From an uncultured archaeon (lineage in GTDB: Archaea; Asgardarchaeota; Lokiarchaeia; Sigyniarchaeales; SOKP01), in assembly GCA_964508365.1 (NCBI GenBank), contig CAZDTP010000001.1, positions 64,001 through 128,000 on the forward strand: a stretch of 64,000 bases of DNA. The letters are read 5' to 3'. The notes under the pieces were generated by a model. The model was not told the origin of the DNA and searched no databases. It saw only the letters and a list, made by a program, of their open reading frames with translations. Made by a program: the position numbers and the translations under genes. Shown here piece by piece: positions 26,676 to 37,206 of this stretch (position 1 is the stretch's first letter; every line of letters begins with the position of its first letter).

Positions 26676-28709
26676 TTGAATAAGAATGTTGAACTAAAAA
26701 AAAGGTATGGAACGTGCTCTAAAGATTGCTATGGCTCATGTGTATTTATAGGAGAATGGAACGATCAAGCTCCCGAGAAAAAACTTATAACCGCCAAACC
26801 TTTAAAGGAGCATCCGTTTACTAGTGGCTTTTTCTGCCCGAAATTAAATAACAGAGAAAAATTGTTATATCATTCCCAAAGAATTAAAAATCCTTTAATT
26901 CGGACTGGTGTTAAAGGTAAAAATTCCTTTACTTCAGTAGATCTTGAAGAAGCATTAAATATTATCTCATCTCAATTGACCACTGTTAAAGAAAAATATC
27001 ATCCTTCTTCCATTGTGGCAGCATATTATGCTGGAAATAGTGGTTTGATTTCTATGTATTCTCCTTTTAGATTCTTTCGTAAACTTGGAGCAACCATAAC
27101 AAGTGAAGGTACATGTAATGAAGCGGGATGCTTTGCGTTAGAAAGGATGTTCGGCAATTATTCTACAACAAACCCATTTCAAATAGCTAATCCCAATAAT
27201 CGTCTAATTGTGATATGGGGAAGTAATCTAACCGATCGAAATAATCACGCACAGGCCCTAGTTAAGAAAGCGCTCAAAAATGGTTCGAAACTAATCGTTG
27301 TGAACCCAGTAAGAACTAAGTTAGCAGAAAGTGCAGATTTAGTACTGCAACCTTTCCCAGGGAGTGATTTTCTGATTGCTAAATACATTTTAAATAGATT
27401 AATTACTTCAGAAGCATACGATAAAAACTTTTTAAGTCGATGCGTCAATAATTACGCCAATCTGATGGATGAAGTTGAAAAAATTGATGACGGTAAAATT
27501 TACCTTCAAACCGGTCTTAACCGTGAGGAGTTACACGAATTTTTAATCCTTCTTATCGAAAACAAGCAAAGAACTCTTTTTATAGTAGGCTTTGGTCCTC
27601 AGAAGTATTTTTACGGGGGAAGAAACCTAAACTCAATAGCTTTAATTCAAATTTTCCTTGGAAATTTTGGACATCAAGGATCTGGATTCATTTTTTCTCA
27701 AAGTGGCTTTAACCGAGGTTTTAAAGAACCACTTATCAATTACATAACAAATTCAGATGAAACTTCACAAAGTAGGAGGATTCCACTTATTAATCTCGGG
27801 TCTTCTTTACGTTCCAATCAATATAAAATGTTATTCGTATATAATCTTAATCCCGTGAGTTCTCTCCCAGATCAAAGCACTCTTGAAAAATCATTATTGA
27901 GAGAAGATCTGTATACCGTCGTGCTAGACATGTTTTTAAATGAGACAACTAAATTCGCAGATATTGTCATACCTGTAAAATTCGACCTTGAAACCGATGA
28001 TTTTATTACTCCCTATTTTATCCCTGGTATATCTATAAATCAAAGAGGACCTTGCCCATATCCGGAATGTAGTTCCAATTATGAATTTTTTCAACATTTA
28101 GCTGAAAAAATAGGATGGAATGATAATACTATTTTTCAAGAGACTCAAGAAGACATCTTTAAGAAGTGTTGTGGATTATTGCCTAAAGCTATTCAAGAGG
28201 ATCTCAGAACTAAGGGATATTATATCCCTTTCGACATGAATGATGTTCCTTTTAATAACTTAATATTTTCAACCTCAAATGGTAAAATTCAAATTCATCA
28301 AACCGATATCGAAATTTTTGACAAAAATTTTGACTTATTACTCAAGCGAAAGGAAGATGAATTCTACTTGCTTTCACAAGCACATAAATATTTCTTACAT
28401 TCTCAAATAGGTCAACTTCACGCAGAATACGCAAGTATTTTTGGAACTATTTATATAAATCCAATTGATGTTAAATCGCTTGGTTTAACTCCAGATCAAA
28501 AAGTATTAGTTTCAAATAAGTATGGCGAAACGAAATATACTTTAGGAGAGAATTCTAACTTAAAACCCGGTACAGCTTTAATTTACTCAGGATATCCTTT
28601 CGCTCACACAGATTACAAGAATGTTAATATTTTCACACCTGAAATGTCAGAGGAATCAGGACTTTCGGGAGCTTATTTCTCCACTATCGTTAGAATTACT
28701 AAAAAGTAA
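26676..28709 (+). CDS. Molybdopterin-dependent oxidoreductase (DMSO reductase superfamily), substrate unknown
   Basis: N-terminal CSKDCYGSC...CPK Fe-S motif, RIKNPL, IVIWGSN, FLNETTKFADIVIP and a C-terminal molydopterin dinucleotide-binding domain. Confidence 0.87.
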   Translation: MNKNVELKKRYGTCSKDCYGSCVFIGEWNDQAPEKKLITAKPLKEHPFTSGFFCPKLNNREKLLYHSQRIKNPLIRTGVKGKNSFTSVDLEEALNIISSQLTTVKEKYHPSSIVAAYYAGNSGLISMYSPFRFFRKLGATITSEGTCNEAGCFALERMFGNYSTTNPFQIANPNNRLIVIWGSNLTDRNNHAQALVKKALKNGSKLIVVNPVRTKLAESADLVLQPFPGSDFLIAKYILNRLITSEAYDKNFLSRCVNNYANLMDEVEKIDDGKIYLQTGLNREELHEFLILLIENKQRTLFIVGFGPQKYFYGGRNLNSIALIQIFLGNFGHQGSGFIFSQSGFNRGFKEPLINYITNSDETSQSRRIPLINLGSSLRSNQYKMLFVYNLNPVSSLPDQSTLEKSLLREDLYTVVLDMFLNETTKFADIVIPVKFDLETDDFITPYFIPGISINQRGPCPYPECSSNYEFFQHLAEKIGWNDNTIFQETQEDIFKKCCGLLPKAIQEDLRTKGYYIPFDMNDVPFNNLIFSTSNGKIQIHQTDIEIFDKNFDLLLKRKEDEFYLLSQAHKYFLHSQIGQLHAEYASIFGTIYINPIDVKSLGLTPDQKVLVSNKYGETKYTLGENSNLKPGTALIYSGYPFAHTDYKNVNIFTPEMSEESGLSGAYFSTIVRITKK

Positions 28710-28756
28710 TGAGATTCATCATTATAATATAAAAAAACCAAAAGAAAATCAAAATT

Positions 28757-29695
28757 TTAACTTTGGAGATTTTTTAAGAAACTTGACATTTTTTCCGCTA
28801 TTTTAGTAGCGGCATCTACCTGCGTTTCCATAGTCTGCGATCCAATATGGGGTGTAAGAATCAAATTTCCCTTACATTGACTCAGTTCCATATCTTTTAG
28901 TGGTTCTTCTCTATAAACATCTAACGCTGCACCACCTATGTCTTTATTTTCTAAGGCTTTTATAAGAGCTTTTTCATCAATAAGCTTTCCTCTGGCAGTA
29001 TTAATTAAAATACTTTCTTTTTTCATCAATTTTATACTTTTCTCATTAACAATGTTCTCTGTTTGGGGAGTTGCGGGTAAATGTAATGAAATAATGTGAG
29101 AATCTTGGAGTAATGCCTCAATGGAAGAATAAATCTTACATCCGATATTTTTTGCTTCTTCCACAGCCTCTTGTCCTTTGCTAAATCGTGAAAATACTCC
29201 CACTTCCATGTCTAGAGCTACTGCTCTCTTAGCTAATTCTTTCGCTATGTTTCCAAATCCGATCAATCCAAGTTTCTTCCCTTTTAACGTATACCCCATG
29301 TAATGGTTTTTATTCCATTCTCCAAGATGCATGGTGCGATCAGCATTCGAAATGTGTCGAGCTAAGGTGAACATTAAACCTAACGCTAATTCTGCGACAG
29401 AAACAGAAGGCGCATCTGGCGTGTTTAAGACTTCTATGTTTAATTCTGCAGCTTTCTTTCTATCTACATTATCTAACCCTACTCCAGCTCTACCAATAGC
29501 TTTAAGATTTTTAGCGTTTTCCAAAACTTCCGCAGTTATTTTAGTTCGGGAGCGGATTATAATTCCATCGTAGTTACCAATTTCATTCTTAAGTTCATCG
29601 TTAGTTATCTCGAAATCCTTGACTACTTCAAACCCATTATCTTCAAGTACCTTAATGCCTTCGTCTTGAAGTTCATCACTAATTAAAATTTTCAT
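28757..29695 (-). CDS. serA: D-3-phosphoglycerate dehydrogenase (no ACT domain)
   Basis: GRAGVGLDNVD, LGLIGFGNIA, INTARG, ALDVY and LTPHIG motifs. Confidence 0.82.
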   Translation of the reverse strand: MKILISDELQDEGIKVLEDNGFEVVKDFEITNDELKNEIGNYDGIIIRSRTKITAEVLENAKNLKAIGRAGVGLDNVDRKKAAELNIEVLNTPDAPSVSVAELALGLMFTLARHISNADRTMHLGEWNKNHYMGYTLKGKKLGLIGFGNIAKELAKRAVALDMEVGVFSRFSKGQEAVEEAKNIGCKIYSSIEALLQDSHIISLHLPATPQTENIVNEKSIKLMKKESILINTARGKLIDEKALIKALENKDIGGAALDVYREEPLKDMELSQCKGNLILTPHIGSQTMETQVDAATKIAEKMSSFLKNLQS

Positions 29696-29854
29696 ACAAT
29701 TCCCTTTTTATGATTTTAATTAAAAGAATAATATTTCTAATCAGCTAATATATAAAAGAATTTTCGGTGGTCTCAGTAAATCATTTTCTATTAGGTGTTT
29801 TATTCATAATAAAAAAAATGAAAAGACTAATTTCTTTTCTAATTATCACTAGTT

Positions 29855-30967
29855 TTAATTCAAATCGGATACGATATCTGTTAGAACACTCAACATTTCT
29901 TCAAGCATTTTTACTGTAATTTCACCCATGTGCCCAATACGGAATGTTTTGTTTTTCAAGTCCCCATAACCATTTACTATTCTATAACCGTTATCTAAAA
30001 GCGTTGAAACCATCTTTGCAATATCGATATTTAAAGAATTTTTCATAGTAGAGACAGTATCTGATTCGTATCCTTTTTCTGGAAACATTTCAAAATTAGT
30101 ATCTTTTGCCCATTTCCTTGTCCGTTTACCTAATTGTGCATGTCTTTCAAATCTATTTTCTAAACCTTCCTGATTCAAAATATAATCAATTTGAGCAGCT
30201 AAGGCTCTAATTTGAGGGATGGGTGGCGTATTTGGGGTTTCATGCTTCTGAGCTGCTTTTAGTAGTTCACTGAAATCAAAATAGTACCCTCTATTCTTAA
30301 CTTGTGGAACTTTTTCAATAGCTGCTTTAGATATGGAACACACTGCTAATCCTGGTGGGATTGTGAAAGCTTTTTGAACTGAAGCTAAGCATACATCTAT
30401 TCCTAATTTATCAACCTCAATTTTAATACCGGCCATGGAGGAAGTCGCATCAACGCATACGAGAGCCCCAGAATCTTTAATAATAGGAACAACTTCATCA
30501 ATTGGATTATAAACTCCTGTGGATGTTTCATTAGATTGAATGAAAACTACGGCGTATTTATCTTTGCTTAAAGCATCTTGGACAACTACCGGAGTAATAG
30601 CTTTACCCCATTCAACGCCCTCCTTTACCGAATTCTTCCCATTTGTGACACCAATTTTATACCATCGATCTCCAAACGCACCAATTGAAAGAAATAGAGC
30701 CTTTTCGTCGTTTTTGACCAAATTTCTTACGCAAGCTTCCATTAAGCCAGTGGCACTCGAAGTAGAAATTAAGCAAGTGTTAGAAGTGTACAAAATTTTT
30801 TTTAATCCTTCTTCAACAAGTTGATGCATCTCTGCGTATGGCTTTGACCTATGTGTGTCGTTTGGTTTCGCCATTTCTTTCAATATTCTCTCTGGGACGT
30901 CAACGGGTCCAGGAGTGAATAATTTTATTTGAGATCCTTTTTCTTTATTAAAATGAATTTCAGGCAT
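29855..30967 (-). CDS. Class V PLP aminotransferase (serine-pyruvate / archaeal phosphoserine aminotransferase-like)
   Basis: FTPGPV, SNETSTGV, VDATSS, SVQKAF and FRIGHMG motifs. Confidence 0.88.
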   Translation of the reverse strand: MPEIHFNKEKGSQIKLFTPGPVDVPERILKEMAKPNDTHRSKPYAEMHQLVEEGLKKILYTSNTCLISTSSATGLMEACVRNLVKNDEKALFLSIGAFGDRWYKIGVTNGKNSVKEGVEWGKAITPVVVQDALSKDKYAVVFIQSNETSTGVYNPIDEVVPIIKDSGALVCVDATSSMAGIKIEVDKLGIDVCLASVQKAFTIPPGLAVCSISKAAIEKVPQVKNRGYYFDFSELLKAAQKHETPNTPPIPQIRALAAQIDYILNQEGLENRFERHAQLGKRTRKWAKDTNFEMFPEKGYESDTVSTMKNSLNIDIAKMVSTLLDNGYRIVNGYGDLKNKTFRIGHMGEITVKMLEEMLSVLTDIVSDLN

Positions 30968-31105
30968 ATTTTAACTAAAAACCTTGAATTAATTATTTTT
31001 TAAATTTTATATATTATGTATTAATAAAAGATTATGATATATTATTCATACTAAAACCTTAAGTTTAGGATAAAAAATTCTTGAGATTTTACTTTATGGT
31101 TTAAT

Positions 31106-31750
31106 CTAATTCTCCTCTAGGTAAGGAAAATCTAGTGGAATATTATCCATGATGTACCAAACAAGTTTTAAATTTCTAAAACTTTTTAGTGATAATCCAT
31201 ATTCACTTAAATATAACGCCGATCTTAATATCCCGTTGAGCGTCAAAATAGTCAAAAGAGTGACAAGATGAAATAAAAAACCTGTTTCCGCAAAAACAAT
31301 GGCGATAACAGTAAAAAGTACAGTAGTTGCGCCGATTACTATGTTTAAATACCGAAAATTAGGAGAATATACATCAATAATTAATCCCTTTAATAATCCA
31401 GCAAGTCCTATAAGAAAAATAGGCATGCCTAAGAGATATATACTAAAGCTCGTAGGTGTATTACGATGTGTGAGCAAAGCATTTATAAAAGTAATCGAGA
31501 AAATAATACTTGTTATTCCAAATGATAAATTTAAAACTCTAAATATAAAAATTAAATTTCTATCAAAAATACTCTTGTAAGCTCTATATGATCCATACAC
31601 TAGTAGAGAAAAAAACGGATACACTGCCAATGATATAAGAGCTAATGATATATTAAATATGATTATAGATAATACCATTGTTAATAGAACTACAGTTATA
31701 ATATCATCAACAAGTACTTTCTGTTTATTCAATAATGATCGAACTTTCAT
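31106..31750 (-). CDS. Hypothetical membrane protein (about 6 TM helices)
   Basis: Hydrophobic 214-aa ORF; no family recognised with confidence. Confidence 0.7.
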   Translation of the reverse strand: MKVRSLLNKQKVLVDDIITVVLLTMVLSIIIFNISLALISLAVYPFFSLLVYGSYRAYKSIFDRNLIFIFRVLNLSFGITSIIFSITFINALLTHRNTPTSFSIYLLGMPIFLIGLAGLLKGLIIDVYSPNFRYLNIVIGATTVLFTVIAIVFAETGFLFHLVTLLTILTLNGILRSALYLSEYGLSLKSFRNLKLVWYIMDNIPLDFPYLEEN

Positions 31751-31870
31751 AAATAACCATCAATAATTTTATTGATAAATAACTTTATATTTTTTATCAT
31801 TTAATTCGTTAATTCATTAAAAGCTAAAAATGAAACAATAATACAAAAAGGTTAAATTTTAAATAATTCT

Positions 31871-32905
31871 TTAGAAATAGAATGTTGTACCCACGCTTGG
31901 ATTAAACGCCTTGATTCTATTGTTACTAGATGCATTAGCCATTTCAATGAATTTTTCTCCGCTACAATGAATTGGAAAGAGATAAACCGTATTTTTGAAC
32001 ATATTCTGCGAATTTAAGTATTCTAGCGTAATTTTAATCCTTTTATCAGATGCACCTGCCATATGAAATCCCCCTATAATATGACTTATTGGTTTATCTG
32101 AATAGCTTTTAACATAATCTAATGTATTCATTAAACCTGAATGACAACATCCATTTAGCAAAACGATATTTTCCTCAAACTCTAAAATCAAACATTTATC
32201 GTCCAAAATTTTGTCAACATTAAGAATTCCTGCTTGAAGCAAAAAAAAGTTATTAAAATCTTCTTCTGTGTGATTTCTAGGAATTTCTCCGCTAGCTGCT
32301 ATTTTAAGTCCTTCGATATTGAGGATTTCATAAGGTTCCTTTGTAAAGTGGATCTGGCCTTTTAAATTTTTAACATGCTCTATATTTATTGGTTCCTGAT
32401 TGACGATTTTTGAAGAGGAGAGCAGAGGTAAAAGATCTGTCCTCTTTTTTCCTATCAAATCTTCATTTTTTAAATTTCTAACTCGCTTAAAAAATCTCTC
32501 GAATTTAGCACTCTCATGACTGATAATTGGAACTTTCTTATCTATTCGTTCTAATATTTTGAATAATCCCCCAGAATGATCATAATGCCAATGTGACAAT
32601 ACAATGCAATCTACATCGTATAATGGGTATCCTCGAACATCTATGTTATGTAAATATGTAAGATTTGTACCTCCAGTATCAAACACAATTTTTTTAATTA
32701 ATTTGTAATTATTAGGATCATCTAAATCTACGACATCATAAACATTAATTAAAAAGCCTAAACCATGTTCAGCTAGTGATTTTGACGCAAATAATTTATT
32801 TAATTCGAGAAAATTTAAAAAGTAATTTTCTCGTAAAGTTTGAAAAGGTAAAACGATATTATTCGTTAATAATTCTATTTCAACTCTAATCATAATAATT
32901 CTCAC
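31871..32905 (-). CDS. MBL-fold metallo-hydrolase
   Basis: AEHGL, FDTGG, SHWHYDHSGG, GCCHSG, IIGGFH and HCSG motifs. Confidence 0.9.
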   Translation of the reverse strand: MRIIMIRVEIELLTNNIVLPFQTLRENYFLNFLELNKLFASKSLAEHGLGFLINVYDVVDLDDPNNYKLIKKIVFDTGGTNLTYLHNIDVRGYPLYDVDCIVLSHWHYDHSGGLFKILERIDKKVPIISHESAKFERFFKRVRNLKNEDLIGKKRTDLLPLLSSSKIVNQEPINIEHVKNLKGQIHFTKEPYEILNIEGLKIAASGEIPRNHTEEDFNNFFLLQAGILNVDKILDDKCLILEFEENIVLLNGCCHSGLMNTLDYVKSYSDKPISHIIGGFHMAGASDKRIKITLEYLNSQNMFKNTVYLFPIHCSGEKFIEMANASSNNRIKAFNPSVGTTFYF

Positions 32906-32920
32906 TTAGATTAATTAAGA

Positions 32921-33856
32921 TTACAAAAATAAAATAATGTAATTGCCAATAATTATTAATCCGACAGCAAATATAAATCTCTTACGGAACTTCTCTTTTA
33001 AAATCAATATTGATAGAATTTGTTGAATCATTGGCGTATTAGCTGTAAATGTTGATGTCAATACTAAGCCGTTTATTTCCGCTGCTTTATAAAATAAAGT
33101 ATCTGCTAATCCTAAGGATAAAGCTCCTGCAATTCCTATAAATATAAAATATTTAATATTCTTTCTATTAGCTTTAGTGAAACTAGAGTAAAAGTCTTTC
33201 TGAAAAATTCCTATAATTACGAATAAGATTGCTCCAAAAAAAACCCTAACAAAATTCGTGGTGAATACATCATTGGAAATAATTCTTGCTTGATTGAATG
33301 CAACGATAGAAAGACCCCAGAGAAATGCCGAACCAATGGCTAGTAGAACTCCAATAACCATTGTCTCTGAAGATCGGCTTTTCTTTTCTGAACCATTTTC
33401 ATTTACATTTTCTTTATCTTTAGTACTTAATACAAAAGCACTTAGAAGGATTATTGAACCGCCGAGTAATATAGAAAATTTCAATTCTTCACCAAAAAGA
33501 ATAAACGCAAAAGGATATACAAAGATTAAACTTAATTGAGTTAGGGGAAATGCTCGAGAGACATCAATTTTTTCTAAGGAAGCGAAATAAAGCAAATCTC
33601 CTATTGTGACAGATAATCCTGAAATTAAACACGCGATTATATAGCTTATTAAGTTTTTCGAACTCAATAAGGGAATGAACGAGAAAGTACCGAAAAAAAG
33701 AGCAAGAACAAAAGTGGAGCACGACACAAACATTAACCTAAAAAGAAGACTTGGTTTTGATTCAACTTTTCCCAAACTGAATTTGTAAACTAATGAAGCA
33801 ATACCCCAAGAAAAAAGAGCATCAAGAGTTAAGATGTATCCAATTAATTCTGACAT
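32921..33856 (-). CDS. DMT/EamA family transporter
   Basis: About 10 TM helices in two EamA-like repeats. Confidence 0.85.
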   Translation of the reverse strand: MSELIGYILTLDALFSWGIASLVYKFSLGKVESKPSLLFRLMFVSCSTFVLALFFGTFSFIPLLSSKNLISYIIACLISGLSVTIGDLLYFASLEKIDVSRAFPLTQLSLIFVYPFAFILFGEELKFSILLGGSIILLSAFVLSTKDKENVNENGSEKKSRSSETMVIGVLLAIGSAFLWGLSIVAFNQARIISNDVFTTNFVRVFFGAILFVIIGIFQKDFYSSFTKANRKNIKYFIFIGIAGALSLGLADTLFYKAAEINGLVLTSTFTANTPMIQQILSILILKEKFRKRFIFAVGLIIIGNYIILFL

Positions 33857-33932
33857 TATCTTAATCTTATTAAATATCGCATTAAAACTCTCTTATACAC
33901 TCAATTTATAATGAGATGGATAGAAAGAGGTC

Positions 33933-34541
33933 CTAAATCTTACGGTAGAGCATGTATACCGAGGGTAGAGTTATCCAAACCGTGATTCCTAATGCCATAA
34001 TCCATTCTATTATAGGTATCCATGTTAATAAGAACACAATTATTATGCTCGCGGTTAGTAGTGCTAAGTATCCGAAAAATTGGGGAATAATTTTGTTTTT
34101 AAATATCAAATAACTAAAAATACTTAAATATATAATAGCACTCAACCAACTAATTAAAGCAAAAGTTCCATGAAGAACGAAAATTATCATATTTGTTGAA
34201 GTAGGAAAAACACCAACTAATGAAAAAAAGATACAAGAATTAATTGCGAAAAAACGACCAACTTTTTGTAATTTTGGATGATTGGTTTCTTTTCCAATAA
34301 CTTTTATCATATATAAATAGAATAATAAGGCGAATATACCAGATAGAATTGTTCCAATATTAAAATATATCGCACCAGGACCTGCTCCTAAAGCACTTAT
34401 CATGTGGTTAAAATTATAGGCGGGAAAAAGGGCTATAGCTATAATATCTCCTCCTAAACCTGTTATTGCTGATAACAATCCATAATATGGAGCAGGGATC
34501 ATTTGATAAATATCTAGGATTAAAGTCCTTAGTTCTTTCAT
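33933..34541 (-). CDS. DUF998-like membrane protein
   Basis: ISALG...FN, VGVFP and IFVLHG...EW patterns. Confidence 0.7.
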   Translation of the reverse strand: MKELRTLILDIYQMIPAPYYGLLSAITGLGGDIIAIALFPAYNFNHMISALGAGPGAIYFNIGTILSGIFALLFYLYMIKVIGKETNHPKLQKVGRFFAINSCIFFSLVGVFPTSTNMIIFVLHGTFALISWLSAIIYLSIFSYLIFKNKIIPQFFGYLALLTASIIIVFLLTWIPIIEWIMALGITVWITLPSVYMLYRKI

Positions 34542-34624
34542 TTTGCTCTATTTTTATGAATTTAATAAATCCTTTAAACATTATTTTACAGTCTGAACAA
34601 AATCATTTACAAGAAAGTATAAAT

Positions 34625-35797
34625 TCAACTTTGTATTCTTAGAAGCAATTCCTTTGATGGTGGAACATTAAATAGAAACATATTTATGACTTCTTCTCGA
34701 ATCTTTTCATTTTTATCAGCTAATTCAAACATTTTTGAAAGATTTTGACCTTTTTTTTCAAATAAGAATTCAACCATAGAAACTTTCATCTTAAAATTTC
34801 TGATAATTTTTTTTATATTTGGATATTGTTTATACTTTTTTAAGCTCTCCGTGGATATTTCATCATTTTCCAAAGCGTCAATAGCAACTTCTGCAGCTGC
34901 TTGCCCAGATACTATGCTAGGATGTATTCCTTCCCCACTAATTGGTGAAACGAATCCAGCAGCATCGCCTATGATCATGATATTTTCTCCATACAAGCTT
35001 TTTTCATTCACTCCTAAAGCTGGTATTGGATATGCTGCGCTCCAAATTTTTTTATATTCTGATTTAGGAAAGAACCTCTTTATATGGGGATCATTCAAAA
35101 ACTCTTTAAACGCTCGATTTAAGTTTGTGTTTAAATTTTCGTCTAGCCAAGTGCCACACCCTATGTTAAAACGCTTATTATCAATAGGAAATATCCAGCC
35201 ATATCCCTTATAAGCGCGAAAAAACAGAGATATGGATTGCTTATCTAAAGAATTTTCTCCTTCCATGATAGCACATTTACATAATCCTATCTCATCAATT
35301 TTCCATTTTCCTTTCAAACCAGATTTAAGGGCTAATTTTGAACTCATACCGTCTGCGACAATTAAAATTTTCCCCGAATATTCTTTTGTTCCCGAGGGAA
35401 TTTTTGTTTTAATTCCAATCCTACGATTATTTTTTGTAAAAAAGTCAACAGAAAGGTTTTTATCAAATAGATGAGCTCCTGCGTCTACAGCAATTGCTCT
35501 TATAAAGTTATCAAATTCCAAGCGATCGACATTTATCGAATAATCTCTAATATTTTTCCAAGAATAAGATAATTCATGGTAATCACCAGAATACATGGTT
35601 ATTCCCGTGATTGGAGCATAATTTAATTTTCGCAATTGGGGGTAATAATTGAAGATTCTCGAGCTTACAGCACCTCCACACGGTTTTCTCCAGTTAACAT
35701 CCTTTTCAAGTAAAGCGACTTCAAATCCCTTTTCAGCAAGAATTTGAGCGCATCTCGAACCTGCGGGGCCTGCTCCAGATATTACGACATCAAACAT
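34625..35797 (-). CDS. Geranylgeranyl reductase family flavoprotein
   Basis: GAGPAGS, KPCGG, YGWIFP and GDAAGFVSPISGEGI motifs. Confidence 0.9.
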   Translation of the reverse strand: MFDVVISGAGPAGSRCAQILAEKGFEVALLEKDVNWRKPCGGAVSSRIFNYYPQLRKLNYAPITGITMYSGDYHELSYSWKNIRDYSINVDRLEFDNFIRAIAVDAGAHLFDKNLSVDFFTKNNRRIGIKTKIPSGTKEYSGKILIVADGMSSKLALKSGLKGKWKIDEIGLCKCAIMEGENSLDKQSISLFFRAYKGYGWIFPIDNKRFNIGCGTWLDENLNTNLNRAFKEFLNDPHIKRFFPKSEYKKIWSAAYPIPALGVNEKSLYGENIMIIGDAAGFVSPISGEGIHPSIVSGQAAAEVAIDALENDEISTESLKKYKQYPNIKKIIRNFKMKVSMVEFLFEKKGQNLSKMFELADKNEKIREEVINMFLFNVPPSKELLLRIQS

Positions 35798-35950
35798 AGG
35801 AATTATTAAGTTTTTTTAGATTAATTATAATTCTTAATGGCTAAAACATTAAAAATGATTTCCTATGGGCTTATTAGTTATATCGAACACTATCGCAATT
35901 AATGGGTTAACACCAAAAATAATTAATTTTCCTCATTCTTAATTCAATCT

Positions 35951-37168
35951 ATGGCATCAAATAATTCAAGGAATTTTGATTTTGTAATTGTTGGAGCTGG
36001 ACCAGCTGGCTTAACTGCAGGTATTGTGGCTGCTAGACAGGGATTTAAAGTAATAATCTTAGAAAAAGGAGGACAAGCTGGACCAAAACCTCGTGGCGAA
36101 GGTATGGGACATTATGATATTGTCGATGATATCCTAGGAAAAGATTATTTACCTTCGATAGGAATTAAATCCAAGGGAGGGAGAGTTTGGCATTCTCCTG
36201 GAAATCAACAAATAACAACTACTTTCCGTGAGTATCCTCACTATTTTTTCGAATGGCGAACATTTATCGATAGATTCGTAGAAAGAGCAAACGAGGTCGG
36301 AGTCGAGATTTTATTAGAATGTGAAGTTATAGAACCCATAGAAAAAAATGGGTTTTGTGCTGGCGTTAAATATCAGGATAAATCCATTAATATTAACGAA
36401 GTTTATGGAAAGGCAATTATTGATTGCAGTGGATATTCAGGTGTAATCGGTAGACATTATGGAGTGCCTTATGACGAAGAAATCAACTGCCCTATAGTTA
36501 AATGCTTAATTAGCGAAGCAAATATAGATATTAAGGAAACTCCCGATTTGAATTTCTTTTTTATTGGAAATGGTGATTTAGACTACTCTCCTGATTTTCC
36601 TCCGTGTGTTGCATATATATTTCCGCTAGAAGATAAAAGAGTAGAAGTGGGTTTAATGCTAAGAATGGCACAAGTTCCCCAAATGAAAACCGTTAAAATA
36701 CCTACTAACGAGGAAATTTTGATGGTTTGGGGCAATTTAAAAAAAAGTTATCCGGGATTTAATGAGTTCTTTAAAGGAGCTAGAATTGATTACGAAGAAG
36801 TAACATACCTACCAAACGCTCGAATGGTAAAAAATTTTGTTCCATATCCTGGTGTAGTTCTTATTGGAGATAGCGCAGGGTTCGTTAATCCTTTTGGTTC
36901 GTCAGGACTATATTATTCCATGGAAATGGCACAATTCTGGGTTAAAAATATAGCAAAGAAAATGAAAGAAGGGGAAAATGTGTGGAGCTCTGAAAAAATT
37001 GAAGACTATACCACTCTCTTCGAAAATTACGCAGTCTATAAGGAAGTAAAAGGTTTATATAATCTAATTGGTGCTTTTGAATATAAGATATTTAACCGGT
37101 TGCGAACTGCCGAAAAGATAAACCGGAAATGGGATTACATTTCTGCTCTCTTAAAACAAGCATCCTAA
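35951..37168 (+). CDS. Geranylgeranyl reductase-like FAD-dependent oxidoreductase
   Basis: GAGPAGL, AYIFP and GDSAGFVNPFGSSGL motifs. Confidence 0.82.
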   Translation: MASNNSRNFDFVIVGAGPAGLTAGIVAARQGFKVIILEKGGQAGPKPRGEGMGHYDIVDDILGKDYLPSIGIKSKGGRVWHSPGNQQITTTFREYPHYFFEWRTFIDRFVERANEVGVEILLECEVIEPIEKNGFCAGVKYQDKSININEVYGKAIIDCSGYSGVIGRHYGVPYDEEINCPIVKCLISEANIDIKETPDLNFFFIGNGDLDYSPDFPPCVAYIFPLEDKRVEVGLMLRMAQVPQMKTVKIPTNEEILMVWGNLKKSYPGFNEFFKGARIDYEEVTYLPNARMVKNFVPYPGVVLIGDSAGFVNPFGSSGLYYSMEMAQFWVKNIAKKMKEGENVWSSEKIEDYTTLFENYAVYKEVKGLYNLIGAFEYKIFNRLRTAEKINRKWDYISALLKQAS

Positions 37169-37206
37169 TCAATTAGTTATATTTAAAATGAATTAATAAT
37201 ACACTG

